From Eledone cirrhosa (Eukaryota): a stretch of 64,000 bases of DNA. The stretch covers positions 3,038,001 to 3,102,000 of the forward strand of contig OZ024763.1 of the NCBI GenBank assembly GCA_964016885.1. The letters run 5' to 3'. The notes beneath the pieces are model-generated. The model was not told where the DNA came from and searched no databases. It was given only the letters and a program-made list of their open reading frames with translations. The position numbers and the translations under genes are program-made. This document shows, piece by piece, positions 24,190 through 37,819 of this stretch (position 1 is its first letter; the number at the start of each line of letters is the position of its first letter).

Positions 24190-24540
24190 ACCACCAGTCA
24201 CATCCTGATGCTGAGGAGGATATTAGAGGGAGCTAGAGCAAAGTGCCTTCCTGCGGTCATGGTTTTCATTGATTTTAGGAAGGCCTTTGATTCTGTGGAC
24301 CGTCACTGCCTGATGATCTTACAGGCTTATGGAATCCCCAAGAAGATAGTGGACCTGATATCACTGCTCTACACCAACACCAAAGCCCAAGTCATTACAC
24401 GTGATGGGATGACAGAGTTCTTTGAGATACTGGCTGGAGTGCTCCAGGGAGATACATTGGCTCCCTACCTTTTTATCATTGTAGTGGACTATTGTATGCG
24501 CCTTGCACTGGAGAAACACCAGGACTCTGGCTTTACTGTA
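24190..24540 (+). mobile_element. RTE-clade LINE reverse transcriptase fragment
   Basis: FIDFRKAFDSV and GVLQGDTLAPYLF RT motifs; ends in a (TA)n run. Confidence 0.9.
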
Positions 24541-24578
<38 letters not shown>

Positions 24579-25961
24579 ACACATGTATACACATATTTTT
24601 TTCAAAAATCCTGTTTTATTTTTAAAACTATTGGCTTCATGTGGTCTCTCTCTCTCTCTCTCTACTACTACCCATTATTATTATTATCGTGGTACCTGTC
24701 CTGGTTCTGTTACATTCTTCAGTTCAAATTCTGCCGAGATCAACTTGGCCTTTCCTTCCTTGTGAGATCGGGGATTGATTTAAGTACCAGTCAAATACTG
24801 TGGTCGATATATTCAACTCCCCCCTTTTCCACAAATTGCAGGCCTTGTGCCTAGATTAAAATTTATCGTTTTTCTTTTCCTCCCTTTTTCTCTCTCCCTT
24901 TTTCTTTTTTCCCCTCCTTTTTCTCTCTGCCTTTTGTCCCCTATTCTCTTATCCTCCTGTGTTTTACTCTTCAAACCTACCAATGCTGACAGGACAGGTC
25001 TATTCATTAAAAAAATTGTTTGTTTGTTTGTTGTTCCTTGTTCTCCTTTCTCTCTCACCCCCAATACCCCCACCCTCCCACTTTAAATTTGTCAAAAAGA
25101 AAAAAAAACAAAAACAAAAAATGTGTTTGACGAGTTTTCACTGTGTACACAGACGTGTTGCTGTGTGTGTACAGTCAGTCAAACCATTTATAAAACAAAT
25201 GCAAAAATTTCAAAAAAATTAATAAAAATAAAATAAAAAACCCAAGATTATGACATAAGTTACAAAATTAAAAATAATAAAAAATATTAATAAAATAAAA
25301 TAAAAAAAAAAAACTCTGAAGAAGATCGTTTTCCATGAAAACCTGAAGTTGTGAGTGGAGTTCTATTCCACTGCCATTCACGTGGAGTTCTATCCACGAC
25401 CTCTAATACTACTTACTCTACTGCTACCACTAGACCGCAGATTATGGTACATTGTGGTGCATGTCATGTATACAGGGTTATATATACATGCATATGTACA
25501 TTGGTAGTATATATATATATATATATATATATACAGGCTCATATACTTATACATGCATACATACAGAATTATGTACATTGTTGGCATATACATATATATA
25601 TATACATACATACAAATGTACAGGCATATACATACATGCTTGCATAGATACATGCACGTATAAATGTATGTATGGGTACATATATATTTTGTGTGTATAT
25701 ATATACTTATATGCTCATAAACATAATAATCACACACATACATACATATACCTACATACATGTATACGCATATACACACACATACACACACACACACATA
25801 CACTTCCATGCTAAAATGTTGAGGCCAGGTACAACTGCTATTACACTCAACCACAACAGATGTGATTCTGTTGTCTTTAGAAGAAAATTGTTTGTGTGGC
25901 TGAAACAGGTATTGTACATGATGGTGATGGTGTTGGTGATACTTCATCAGAGATATATTAA

Positions 25962-26005
25962 AATAAATTTATCTCTTCTAAACTCTGTGTTTTGTTTCTT
26001 TTTTC
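25962..26005 (+). promoter_or_regulatory. Candidate polyadenylation signal (possible distal GLCE 3' end)
   Basis: AATAAA at 25962-25967 followed by GU/U-rich ctgtgttttgtttctttttt; no transcript evidence, and other candidates exist (e.g. ~25220-25310). Confidence 0.25.
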
Positions 26006-26279
26006 AAGTGTTTGTTCTAGATTGGCAGTAATTGGTAGAGCGTCGTACACTATGGTTTGCAGCATAGAGTTACGGCCCTTTATGGTCTGAGTTCAAATCC
26101 CACTAAGGTTAGTTTTGCCTTTCATCCTTACGGGGTCAATAAAATAAAGTACCAGTAATACACTGCGGTAATTGCTGGCCTTATGCCAAAAGTAGTAATT
26201 CTACACTGGACCAGGTGGGATCGAAATCGATACGAGTCCTAGAGATGAGCGATGATGCATCATTTTATTCACACGTCAT

Positions 26280-26700
26280 GAAAATGAGGACAGTGTGCAG
26301 GTGATTCACTGGCTGGATCTTGACTTTCAAGACAAGATACTGAAAAAAACCATCTTGGTACTATGGAAGACATTTGTCTTAAGCTGCCTGGACTATTGCC
26401 CCTAGCTATGGACACCCCATAGTACCAAACTAACCATGGAGTTTAGGCAATCCAATGAAGCTACACCAAGAGGAGGCTAAAAGAACTGAAACTCTACTCA
26501 TTGTAATGAAGGCAGGAGAGATATGCAGTAATATACACCTGGAAGATCCTGGAGGGACTAGAACCGAACTTTAGCATTGAGACTTGGACCAACCCCCCAA
26601 CAGGACGTTACTGTGTGGTGCCAAAGGTCCCGTCTTTCATCTAGAATAAGGAGCAGATATTACAATAGCCTGGGGTTCAAAGGCCTTCACCTCTTCGACC
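26280..26700 (+). mobile_element. Decayed CR1/L2-like LINE ORF2 fragment
   Basis: Translation LWKTFVLSCLDYCP*LWTP resembles the CR1-type LYKSLVRPHLEYC..LWSP motif. Confidence 0.6.
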
Positions 26701-26707
26701 AGCTGCC

Positions 26708-29700
26708 AACGTTTTTCTATCTATGTCTCACCTAAAGTAAAGAATGTATGAATTATTACAAGGAGTATAAACAAGAATTAATGCTAATTAATGTACCACC
26801 AAGAAGACTTACCTAAGGATTTGTACTTCATTAAAGAAGAAATTAAATTTATTCTTACATCAACGACATCATTATGGCTGGAAAGGACTTTTACTGAACA
26901 CGAAGACCCTACAACTAGAGGTGAAGACAACAGAAACGACCATCCTAGCTGAAATATTACATGTTATGATATTAAATATATTTCCTTAAAATGTTTGAAT
27001 CTCAATAAAGTGAAGAAAACTATTAAATACTGTTGTTATATCTTTATACTTTAGTCTTACACTTGTCTTATTATTTATATTTCGTCTCTTTATTATTAAG
27101 TTTGTATTCTTTCTATTGTCATGTATGTGTATAAATATATCCTGTTTGTAGATGAAGAGATATAATAATAATAAGTATGTTAACAACTAGTTCTATAAAC
27201 CTAGCAAGTCAAACGAACAGTTATACACCAACACAGACGGCATAAATAAACTTTAACCTCTTCTAAACGAATGCCAAAGAGATTGTCTCAGAAAAACCGG
27301 TGTAAGACTATTTACCGGTGTAACCATGACAGTTTACCCTTTGTTATACTCACAGCCCGATACTTTCAAACAGTGTTCAGAGTACCGAGAATAATAAAAA
27401 AAATGAACAGTTTGCTGAAGTTTCTAAATCTGCTAAAAATAGCAGCGATATCTCTCACTCTGGTTCATATAGTAATAAATATGAAGACTAAAATCCAAAG
27501 AGGGCTCGATAAGGAAGATCCCGTTAAGGGTGAAAGCAGCAATTCTTTGCCTAAACTTTAATCTGTTATTTTAATATTTATATTATATTTGGGAGGGAGG
27601 GAGGGTCATGCTACCAATAAAACACATGCCCCTGTTGGTTTTTAATTCAATTTATTATAAATTTTCAGTTGGTTGGGTGGTTCGATAACCAGATTCTTGT
27701 TTACATATTGTGAAATCTCTTTTGTCACTCATTCTGTGACCTCCTCAGTGACTGGGTATTTATTTTGTGTCTCTTCTGTGTTCTGTCCTCCAGAAAAACA
27801 CACACACACACACATGTATAAATATATATATATACATCTATACACACACACACTTATATATATATTTATTAGAAGAGTTAAGATGAGTCGCAGCTAATTT
27901 CACCCAGTAAGAGATTTGGCTGCTATTTCTAGCAGGTATAAAGTTTACTATTTTCCAAACATTTTTGTTTTACACCCTTCACTGTGAACTCGACTTCAAA
28001 TTACCGGGGAGTTTGTTGAAGCAGGGGTAAACTGAAATATCGACACCGGTTACTTCATTAGTGTTACACCGGTATTCTTCAAGCATAAACTATTTGGCAT
28101 TCGTTTATACGAGGTACTGGTTTTTATATCGTCCTAAATAGAATATATATACACACACACACAATACATACGTTAATGTTTTCTGTGTACAAAGAGATTA
28201 ACAACGTTTTTTTTTTAAAATCTTTATTTAGGTTTTTACAACAAAATATATTGTGTGTGTAGTTATACATACATTGAATTTAACATATATACGCTGTTTT
28301 GTTTATAAGTATTTATTATTTACCTTTACATACACATACGTTGTGTATATATGTGTGTGTGTGTGTTAGTTAGGTGGGTAACTACAATTACTGGCGGGTA
28401 GACACCCGATGTTGTTATAACGTTCGTCTCGTGTTGGGTCGTATTCCAGAGTTAAGGTGGCTGTAGAGTTTGAATAAAAGTAAGATCGAAGTCATTGTTG
28501 CAGCATATATAAACTTTATTGACATATTACAATTGTTTCAATATCGATCAGCGCAGCGTAAAATCATTATATAGATAGATATATAATCTGTGTGTCCATT
28601 TTTCACATGAAATCAACATTCAAGCTGGTCCCAGTGTGTTTATTTTATGACTTAATCCTACCTCGCAGTCATCCGAACACTGTCATGTTACTGAGAGGTA
28701 CAATAAAACAGCGGCAATATAAAATCGCTACACCGGTGGTGACATATTTAGTTTTACACCGAATTTCTAACACAACCCTGGATATTCCGTGCATGAAAGA
28801 AGTAAAGTTTTATTTGTCTTCTGTGTTAAATTATAACTGTAGTTTGACTTGTTAAATTTATAGAACATGTTTGTTATATTCTTAAAGTAGCTAGGACTAC
28901 ATCTTAATTACTGGTCTCATCTTTTCGGAGTTGTCTGGTCTCATGTCACCTCCTCCACTAAGGCACACTTGTCTCTCCTCTCATCGCTATATCCAGTCCT
29001 TCCTGCTGACAATGTCGACTCCCTGTTTATGTCTTTCTTTAAAAATCAGGTTTCCAACAGTTTAACTAGAAGATACTTCGTTTATTTACAATTGTATAAA
29101 TTTACAGTAGAATAACATTACAAATATGTTTTAAATATATACATAAATAACATTCTTCTTGTGACTCTAAACTCTGCCAGTTGCAGACTGTGCATCAACA
29201 TGTGATATCTCTTTTCACAGAGTTCAAAGAACAAACATCAAGTCCAGTCCATAAGTTGACATTATCAAACCATCGTTTTGGCTGCTGGCCTCTGCCCCTC
29301 TTACGAGCAGACTTTACCTACTCACACCACGAGTTGATCTTTTTATATGACCATATAGTTTGAGTACCGTTGACTTGACAATTGATGTAATTGGTCTAAG
29401 TTTGGTAAATAACATTATAAATTGCTCGCAATTCGTTCAGAAGAACATTACAAATATTGTGTCTAAACCGTGTATAAAAATATAATATAACTCATTAAAC
29501 AATAATGATAAAGGAAAGAAAATAGAAGGGTGGGGGCAATTCACCGCCAAGTGCGATGATCTGTCTAACTCCACAGACCCCACACTTATCACTATGTCCA
29601 GTCCTTCCTGCCCACTATGTCGACTCCATGAAACTCCCTGTTTGTCTTTCAATGAAAAAGCCCCACCAACCTTAAGCAAGTGTTTCAGCCACACATCTGT

Positions 29701-30346
29701 GTGTTTGACGGAACAAGAAAATAAAAATAATTCTTTCTGATATTAACACAAGACCAACAGTTGAGGTCTACTGGGGGTGATTATATCGACTCCAGTACTT
29801 CACTGGTACTTTATTTTATCGATCCCACAACGACCTGTACTACCATAAGGTCCCAGTAAATTATTATCAGCTACATTGTCAAAAGTGAAGTAAAAATAAC
29901 ATATTTTCTATTGTTATGAAATAATTTTATATCGTGTACTTTTGTCGGTTGTATTATATTTAAGGGGTTCCATGACAATCTCTCCTTCTGAAGCCCTCCC
30001 TTCTGGCTCAGAAGCACCATGGATCCAGTGGAAGACACTCAACCGCCTGAAAACAGGAATGGGGCGATCAAAAGTTGCTATGGCCAGGTGGAGCTACAAG
30101 ACCGGCCCAACCCTCTGCGAATGCGGAGAGGAGGACCATACGATGCAGCACTGCCTTGTTTGCCCTCTACTACCCAACCAGTGCAGCATAAAAGATCTCG
30201 CAGAATTTAATAATACTGCAAAGGCCTGTGTAAAGAAATGGGAAACTCTCATATAACCACATGCTTCGAAGATACGAAAAGAAGAAGATGACAAACAATA
30301 TATATGACTCCTAGATTTAACAGGACTTTGACATTAACAGACACAT
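26708..30346 (+). repeat. Local segmental duplication, copy 1
   Basis: Colinear and highly similar to 32060-36351 (start aacgtttttctatctatgtctcacc, end gacattaacagacacat); duplicated ORFs in the track. Confidence 0.92.
29969..30290 (+). mobile_element. Vingi/Ingi-like non-LTR retrotransposon 3' end
   Basis: WKTLNRLKTGMGRSK..W..CECG..HTMQHCLVCP zinc-knuckle C-terminus and gatacgaaaagaagaaga tail. Confidence 0.7.
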
Positions 30347-32059
30347 CCCCTCCTTATAGTAATTCAAGTCGAAGGTTTACTACCTCGTGTATTTATGTGT
30401 CTTTGTCTTAGTCTTATCTTCAAATGGTATGACTACATGTTCAAATCAAATAGTTTATTTATTGGCTGAATGTCTTGGGTCGAGATAGAGAAAGAAAATA
30501 AAGTTTTAAATGGTACGACTACGTGTTCAAATGAAGCAGGTTCATGTATGGTGTGAGAATTAAAAAATAAAGGTTTAATACCTTGATTCGAAAGTTAACC
30601 GCGGTATCCGCTGTCTCATGTCTTACCACTAGACCATAAAGACTTGAACAATCATGCTGTTAAAATATAAATATATAAACTTATTTTCAGTCTAATAGTA
30701 AAATAGCTTTAAATATATTAATTTCCCATAAGCTTTCGTTGGTCTGTAGGTGGACGTGTGGGTGGTTGTGTTGTACCTATGTATGTGTAGATTAGAGGTA
30801 GGGTTTCAATCTCCTTTATTTAAAATATATATATATTTTTTTTAAATTAAAATAATGGTCTTTACCTTCTGGGCTACCCGGGGCCACGTTCAGCTCGAAG
30901 CCACCTTTTTAGTTCCCACCTCAACTCGAACCTTCACTACTTACCTACCTACCTACGATACCACCACTTTACCACACGACCACCAAGCGGCCGCAATTCT
31001 ACTGAGCAAATTTAATATATTTAAATCTATTTTATCAATTCTTTAATAAAGAACCACATACGGTGATTGATTTAATTGAAAATAAAATATTATTTCACTA
31101 TCTCATAAGCTCTGGCAGGTATCGAAACCTCTTAATTTCACTTATGTCAAATATATGTGATAAATATTTTTTATAATTTTTCAGTTTCAAAATACATCGA
31201 TAGGGTTTCCAGTCTCAGAGATATCTCCACTAGAGATGTGTGTGTAATTTTTTTTTATTATTCCTGTGAAAATTAGTTTTAATTTTAAAAACGTATATTT
31301 TACTATTTCCTAAGTCCTGGCGGGTATCGAAATCCCATCTATGAATTCATTAAATATATTATATTTGACTTACGTGAAATAAAATAAAAAACTTTATTAT
31401 GTATTATAATTTTTATTTTTCAGTTTCACAAACATGTGGGTATCCCATACACATTTAATTCTTTTTGGAGACGTAGGGGCGCCGTCATTACTGTCTATGG
31501 TACATTTAAACCTGGCCGAGTCAATCTGCCCCTCCTGCACCCAGAGATACATTTTGTTTTATCTTTAAACGTTAATTTTGCACATAATTCTTTTTTTCTT
31601 ATTGTTTAGAGTAAATAAAACCCCGACAAAGTGTTAAAAGAAGGGACACTGATAGGTTGGCCTAAGAAAGAGATTTCAAAACTTTAAAATAAGCAACACC
31701 AAAGCACCAAACGTGTTTCTACCTATGTCTCTCCTAAAGTAAAACACACGAATTATTACGAGGAGTGTAAACAGATAAACTAAAGCAAATAAACCATTAA
31801 TGTATGTATTGTGTGTGTATATATATATACTGTAACACAGACGGGGTCTAAAATAAAAACATTACCTCTTATGAACAAATGTCAAACAATTTATGATTGA
31901 GAAATACCGGTGTAATACTAAGTTACCGGTGTCGCTATTTAAGTTTACCACTGCTACCCTAAACATTATTGGTAGTAATAAAATCTAATAAATTGTGTTA
32001 CACATATTCAGTAAGTATTTTTCTATTGAAATTAAATTTAAAGGTTTACTAAAGCCACA

Positions 32060-33581
32060 AACGTTTTTCTATCTATGTCTCACCTAAAGTAAAGAACGTA
32101 CGAATTATTACAAGGAGTATAAACAAGAATTAATGCTAATTAATGTACCACCAAGAAGACTTACCTAAGGATTTGTACTTCATTAAAGAAGAAATTAAAC
32201 TTATTCTTACATCAACGACATCATTATGGCTGGAAAGGACTTTTACTGAACACGAAGACCCTACAACTAGAGGTGAAGACAACAGAAACGACCATCCTAG
32301 CTGAAATATTACATGTTATGATATTAAATATATTTCCTTAAAATGTTTGAATCTCAATAAAGTGGAGAAAACTATTAAATACTGTTGTTATATCTTTATA
32401 CTTTAGTCTTACACTTGTCTTATTATTTATATTTCGTCTCAATAGAAAGAATACAAACTTAATAATAAAGTAATGTATGTATATAAATATATCATGCGTG
32501 TAAATGAAGAGATATAATAATAAGTATGTTAACAACTAGTTCTATAAACCTAGCAAGTCAAACGAACAATTATACACTAACACAGCCGGCATAAATAAAC
32601 TTTAACCTCTTCTAAACGAATGCCAAAGAGATTGTCTCAGTAAAACCGGTGTAAAACTATTTATATTACCGGTGTAACCATGACAGTTTACCCTTTCTTA
32701 TACTCACAACCCGGTTCTTTCAAACAGTGTTCAGAGTACCGAGAATAATAAAAAAAAAAATGAACAGTTTGCAGCGATATCTCTCACTCTGGTTCATATA
32801 TATATAGTAATAATAATAAATATGAAGACTAAAATCCAAAGAGGGCTCGATAAGGATAAATATATATCAAATATATAAGGGTGAAAGCTGCGATTCTTTG
32901 CTTAAACTTTAATCTGTTATTTTAATATATATATGAGAGCGTCTTATGTGAAGGGGCGTCCAAATAGGGTATATAGTTATGAATAATTTAGCGTTCAAAA
33001 ATATATGGAAAAAGCCGTTAAAAAAATCGCTTAAGATATTTACGATTCCACGAATATGCGATGGTTTCCTCGAACAATTATTAGTTAGATTCAAAGACAA
33101 AATCATCGAATAAGAGGGACCGTGAATACCGGGGGTGCACTGTATATATATATATTGCTTTGGCTGCTATTTCTAGCATACACTAGAAAAAACCGGAAGT
33201 GGAGAAAATTGAAAAAATGTTTCTTTTTTTCCTCTACCTTTTCAAACAAAAGAAAATTTTATGTAAACAAAACCGAAATTTTTGCCACGAATGATAACTC
33301 TTCTCTGACTTAAATCCAAATTTAGGATACAAAAAAATTGCGGGTGTGCAATTTAGATACACACTAGCTAGTCCTTCTTATTTTGTCATGTTTTGCAGCC
33401 TTTGACTGCTATTTCTAGCATGCCCTTCCTTTTCTGTTGTTCTGTATGTATATATATATATATAATAATAATAATAATAATAAAAAGGACGATTTGTTAT
33501 GTCTTCATTACGTTTATTGAGTAGTTACGCGTGTTTCGCTATTGATCAGCTCAAGGTTCGATCTGTATCTATCTAGCGCTG

Positions 33582-33640
<59 letters not shown>

Positions 33641-36351
33641 TTATATATATATATATGTATGTATATATATCTATATATATATATATATAAATGAAAAGTA
33701 TAGAAATTATTGTAGCAAGAAGCCAACAGTATTCCATAGTATATAAGTGACTATAGCGTCAAAATGGGGAAATAGTTAACGTAAGATATGGGAAAAATAA
33801 TTCAAACAACGACAAATGCTCTGTATAGACTTGAAAAGACTATTTCACGCAAACTTTCAGTGGGGATGGTCACGGTTGGAATTCGATGCTGAGCAGTGCT
33901 CAACACGATGGCCAAAATCTCACTGATTATAATATATATATATATCGCTATAGTTTGCTACCAATAAAACACACGCCCCTGTCGGTTTTCACTTCAATTT
34001 ATTATAAATTTTCGGTTGGTTGGGTGGTTCGATAGCCAGATTATTGTTTATATATTGTGAAATCTCTTTTGTCACACATTATGTGACCTCCCCAGTGACT
34101 GGGTTTTTATTTTGTGTCTCTTCTGTGTTCTGTCCTCCAGAAAAACACACACACACATATATGTATAAATATATACATCTATACACACACACACTTATAT
34201 AGATATTTATTAGAAGAGTTAAGACGAGTCGCAGCTAATTTCACCCAGTAAGAGATTTGGCTGCTATTTCTAGCAGGTATAAAGTTTACTATTTTCCAAA
34301 CATTTTTGTACCCTTCACTGTGAACTCGACTTCAAATTACCGGGGAGTTTGTTGAAGCAGGGGTAAACTGAAATATCGACACCGGTTACTTCATTAGTGT
34401 TATACCGGTTACTTCATTAGTGTTACACCGGTTACTTCATTAGTGTTACACCGGTATTCTTCAAGCATAAACTATTTGGCATTCGTTTATACGAGGTACT
34501 GTATAGAATATATATACATACACACACAATACATACGTTAATGTTTTCTGTGTACAAAGAGATTAACAACGTTTTTTTTTTTAATCTTTATTTAGGTTTT
34601 TACAACAAAATATATTGTGTGTGTAGTTATACATACATTGAATTTAACATATATACGCTGTTTTGTTTATAAGTATTTATTATTTACATACACATACGTT
34701 GTATATATATGTGTGTGTGTGTTAGTTAGGTGGGTAACTACAATTACTGGCGGGTAGACACCCGGCACCCGATGTTGTTATAACGTTCGTCTCGTATTCC
34801 AGAGTTAAGGTGGCTGTAGAGTTTGAATAAAAGTAAGATCGAAGTCATTGTTGCAGCATATATAAACTTTATTGACATATTACAATTGTTTCAACATCGA
34901 TCAGCGTAAAATCATTATATAGATAGATATATAATCTGTGTGTCCATTTTTCACATGAAATCAACATTCAAGCTGGTCCCAGTGTGTTTATTTTATGACT
35001 TAATCCTACCTCGCAGTCATCCGAACACTGTCATGTTACTGAGAGGTACAATAAAACAGCGGCAATATAAAATCGCTACACCGGTGGTGACATATTTAGT
35101 TTTACACCGAATTTCTAACACAACCCTGGATATTCCGGGCATGAAAGAAGTAAAGTTTTATTTGTCTTCTGTGTTAAATTATAACTGTAGTTTGACTTGT
35201 TAAATTTATAGAACATGTTTGTTATATTCTTAAAGTAGCTAGGACTACATCTTAATTACTGGTCTCATCTTTTCGGAGTTGTCTGGTCTCATGTCACCTC
35301 CTCCACTAAGGCACACTTGTCTCTCCTCTCAATATCCAGTCCTTCCTGCTGACAATGTCGACTCCCTGTTTATGTCTTTCTTTAAAAATCAGGTTTCCAA
35401 CAGTTTAACTACAAGATACTTCGTTTATTTACAATTGTATAAATTTACAGTAGAATAACATTATAAATATTATGTCTAAACCGTGTATAAAAATATTATA
35501 ATATAATTCATTAAACAATAATGATAAAGGAAAGAAAATAGAAGGGTGGGGGCAATTCACCGCCAAGTGCGATGGTCTGTCTAACTCCACACTTATCACA
35601 ATGTCCAGTCCTTCTTGCCCACTATGTTGACTCCATGAAACTCCCTGTTTGTCTTTCAATGAAAAAGCCCCACCATCCTTAAGCAAGTGTTTCAGCCACA
35701 CATCTGTGTGTTTGACGGAACAAGAAAATAAAAATAATTCTTTCTGACATTAACACAAGACCAACAGTTGAGGTCTACTGCGGGTGATTATATCGACCCC
35801 AGTACTTCACTGGTACTTTATTTTATCGATCCCACAACGACCTGTACTACCATAAGGTCCCAGTAAAATATTATCAGCTACATTATCAAAGTTGAAGTAA
35901 AAATAACATTTTGTATTGTTATGAAATAATTTTATATCGTGTACTTTTGTCGGTTGTATTATATTTAAGGGGTTTCATGACAATCCCTCCTTCTGAAGCC
36001 CTCCCTCCTGGCTCAGAAGCACCATGGGTCCAGTGGAAGACACTCAACCGCCTGAAAACAGGAATGGGGCGATCAAAAGCTTCTATGGCCAGGTGGAGCT
36101 ACAAGACCGGCCCAACCCTCTGCGAATGCGGAGAGGAGGACCATACGATGCAGCACTGCCTTGTTTGCCCTCTACTACCCAACCAGTGCAGCATAAAAGA
36201 TCTCGCAGAATTTAATAATACTGCAAAGGCCTGTGTAAAGAAATGGGAAACTCTCATATAACCACATGCTTCGAAGATACGAAAAGAAGAAGATGACAAA
36301 CAATATATATGACCCCTAGATTTAACAGGACTTTGACATTAACAGACACAT
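32060..36351 (+). repeat. Local segmental duplication, copy 2 (with a ~1-kb extra segment at ~32930-33955 and lacking ~29120-29445 of copy 1)
   Basis: Direct comparison with 26708-30346. Confidence 0.9.
35975..36295 (+). mobile_element. Vingi/Ingi-like 3' end (duplicate of 29969-30290)
   Basis: Near-identical translation within the duplication. Confidence 0.7.
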
Positions 36352-36404
36352 ACCCTTGATTGACTTAATTGAAAATAAAATATTATTTCACTATCTCATA
36401 GGCT

Positions 36405-36950
36405 GTATATATACTATTGTATTTTCACAGTAAAGGCTTTACCTCACATAACATTTACATTACTCTATATATACTATTGTATTTTCACAGTAAAGGCTTT
36501 ACCTCACATAACATTTACATTACTCTATATATACTATTGTATTTTCATAGTAAAGGCTTTACCTCACATAACATTTACATTACTCTATATATACTATTGT
36601 ATTTTCACAGTAAAGGCTTTACCTCACATAACATTTACATTACTCTATATATACTATTGTATTTTCATAGTAAAGGCTTTACCTCACAACATTTACATTA
36701 CTCTATATATACTATTGTAGTTTCACAGTAAAGGCTTTACCTTACATATCTCACATAGCATTTACATTCTATATATATACTATTATATTTTCACAGTAAA
36801 GGCTTTACCTTACATAATATCTCACATAACATTTACAGTCTATATATATACTATTGTATTTTCACAGTAAAGGCTTTACCTCACATAATATTTACATTAC
36901 ACTATATATACTATTATATTTTCATGGAGAAGGCTTTACCTCACATATCG
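36405..36950 (+). repeat. 60-bp tandem repeat, ~9 copies
   Basis: Successive 60-nt lines nearly identical (attttcacagtaaaggctttacctcacataacatttacattactctatatatactattgt), degenerating rightwards. Confidence 0.95.
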
Positions 36951-37092
36951 AATCAATGAGATTTTGATGTTATTTTGAGAATAATACCTTAACATCAGCA
37001 TGAACAGCCAGTTAGGAGTAGTTTGAACAGAAAGAGGTGAAAGAATTCTGGCCATACACAACCAGTTTAATCTTGTCTGTTTGTCTTTCCAG

Positions 37093-37267
37093 GTGTACGG
37101 AACAGTAACCCATTCTGACAGTGGTGCTGATCGATTTGAGTGGCAACACAGTTACTCTCAGGTCTACCCCCAGAAGAAGAAATACACGCCCAGTGGGGTG
37201 TTTATGTCATTTGAACACTACGATGTTGAAGTTTGCGATCGAGTCAAGTGCATCAGTGGTATGGAAG
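37093..37267 (+). pseudogene. GLCE: Isolated internal GLCE exon (N-terminal region); duplicated fragment, paralog exon or misassembly
   Basis: tctttccAG|[59 protein letters not shown]|GTgaga; matches the GLCE motif [38 protein letters not shown] as I recall it. Confidence 0.85.
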
Positions 37268-37440
37268 GTGAGAAAGTTTCAATATTTTAACTCTTTCCTG
37301 ACTACATTACTTCGATTCAGTTGACTATATATGAATCGAATACCCAGGTTTTTTTATTTCTCCCCAATTTTTTTCTCATTTTCCCCGTTCCTTCCTCTCA
37401 TCACTCTTTACTTTCTATTTATCTTCTACTTCTCACTCTA

Positions 37441-37476
37441 TCTTCTGATGAAGGACTAGTGTCCAAAACGTTACGA
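37441..37476 (+). ncRNA. Degenerate minimal hammerhead-ribozyme motif (Penelope pseudo-LTR type)
   Basis: CTGATGA-A-GGAC(tagt)GTCC-AAAA-CGTTA; GAAA box altered to AAAA. Confidence 0.5.
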
Positions 37477-37577
37477 CTCTCTTCCTGCTATGTCAAGTGT
37501 TAAACTAATATATTTCTTCATGTACTGTGCTGTTTGTTTTGTTATTTTATTTCTGTTTACCTTTTACATATATATAT

Positions 37578-37700
37578 GTGGTTAGAGCATTGGACTTGCA
37601 ATCAAAAGGTTGTGAGTTCAATTCTGATGTGTTGTTTCCTTGAGCAAGACACTTTATTTCACATTGCTCCAGTTTACTCAGCTGTAGAAATGAGATGAAG
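37578..37700 (+). mobile_element. tRNA-derived CORE-type SINE
   Basis: gtggttagagcattgg head, gagttcaatt B box, ccttgagcaagacactttatttcac core. Confidence 0.8.
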
Positions 37701-37819
37701 AAGTACCAGCCTGGCCGCCTAGCCAGTGGGTTGGCGTTATCTTATGGCTAAAACAGCACGATGTGCTGTGACCAGTGGCACCGAATGGACGCCTGACAGA
37801 CGTCAAGGTGATATATATA

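Noticed and set aside
28592-28855. 87-aa ORF present twice (also 34940-35203)
   Set aside because: Conservation is explained by the recent duplication; non-ATG start and no recognisable domain.
30580-30640. tRNA-like sequence on the minus strand (tggtctagtggtaaga..ttcgaatc)
   Set aside because: Only A/B-box remnants with no convincing cloverleaf. SINE heads at 37578 and 50361 were likewise not called as tRNAs.
33690-33850. Inverted similarity to 53150-53440 suggesting a large inverted-repeat element
   Set aside because: Diverged and ~19 kb apart with different internal lengths; more simply two copies of an interspersed repeat.
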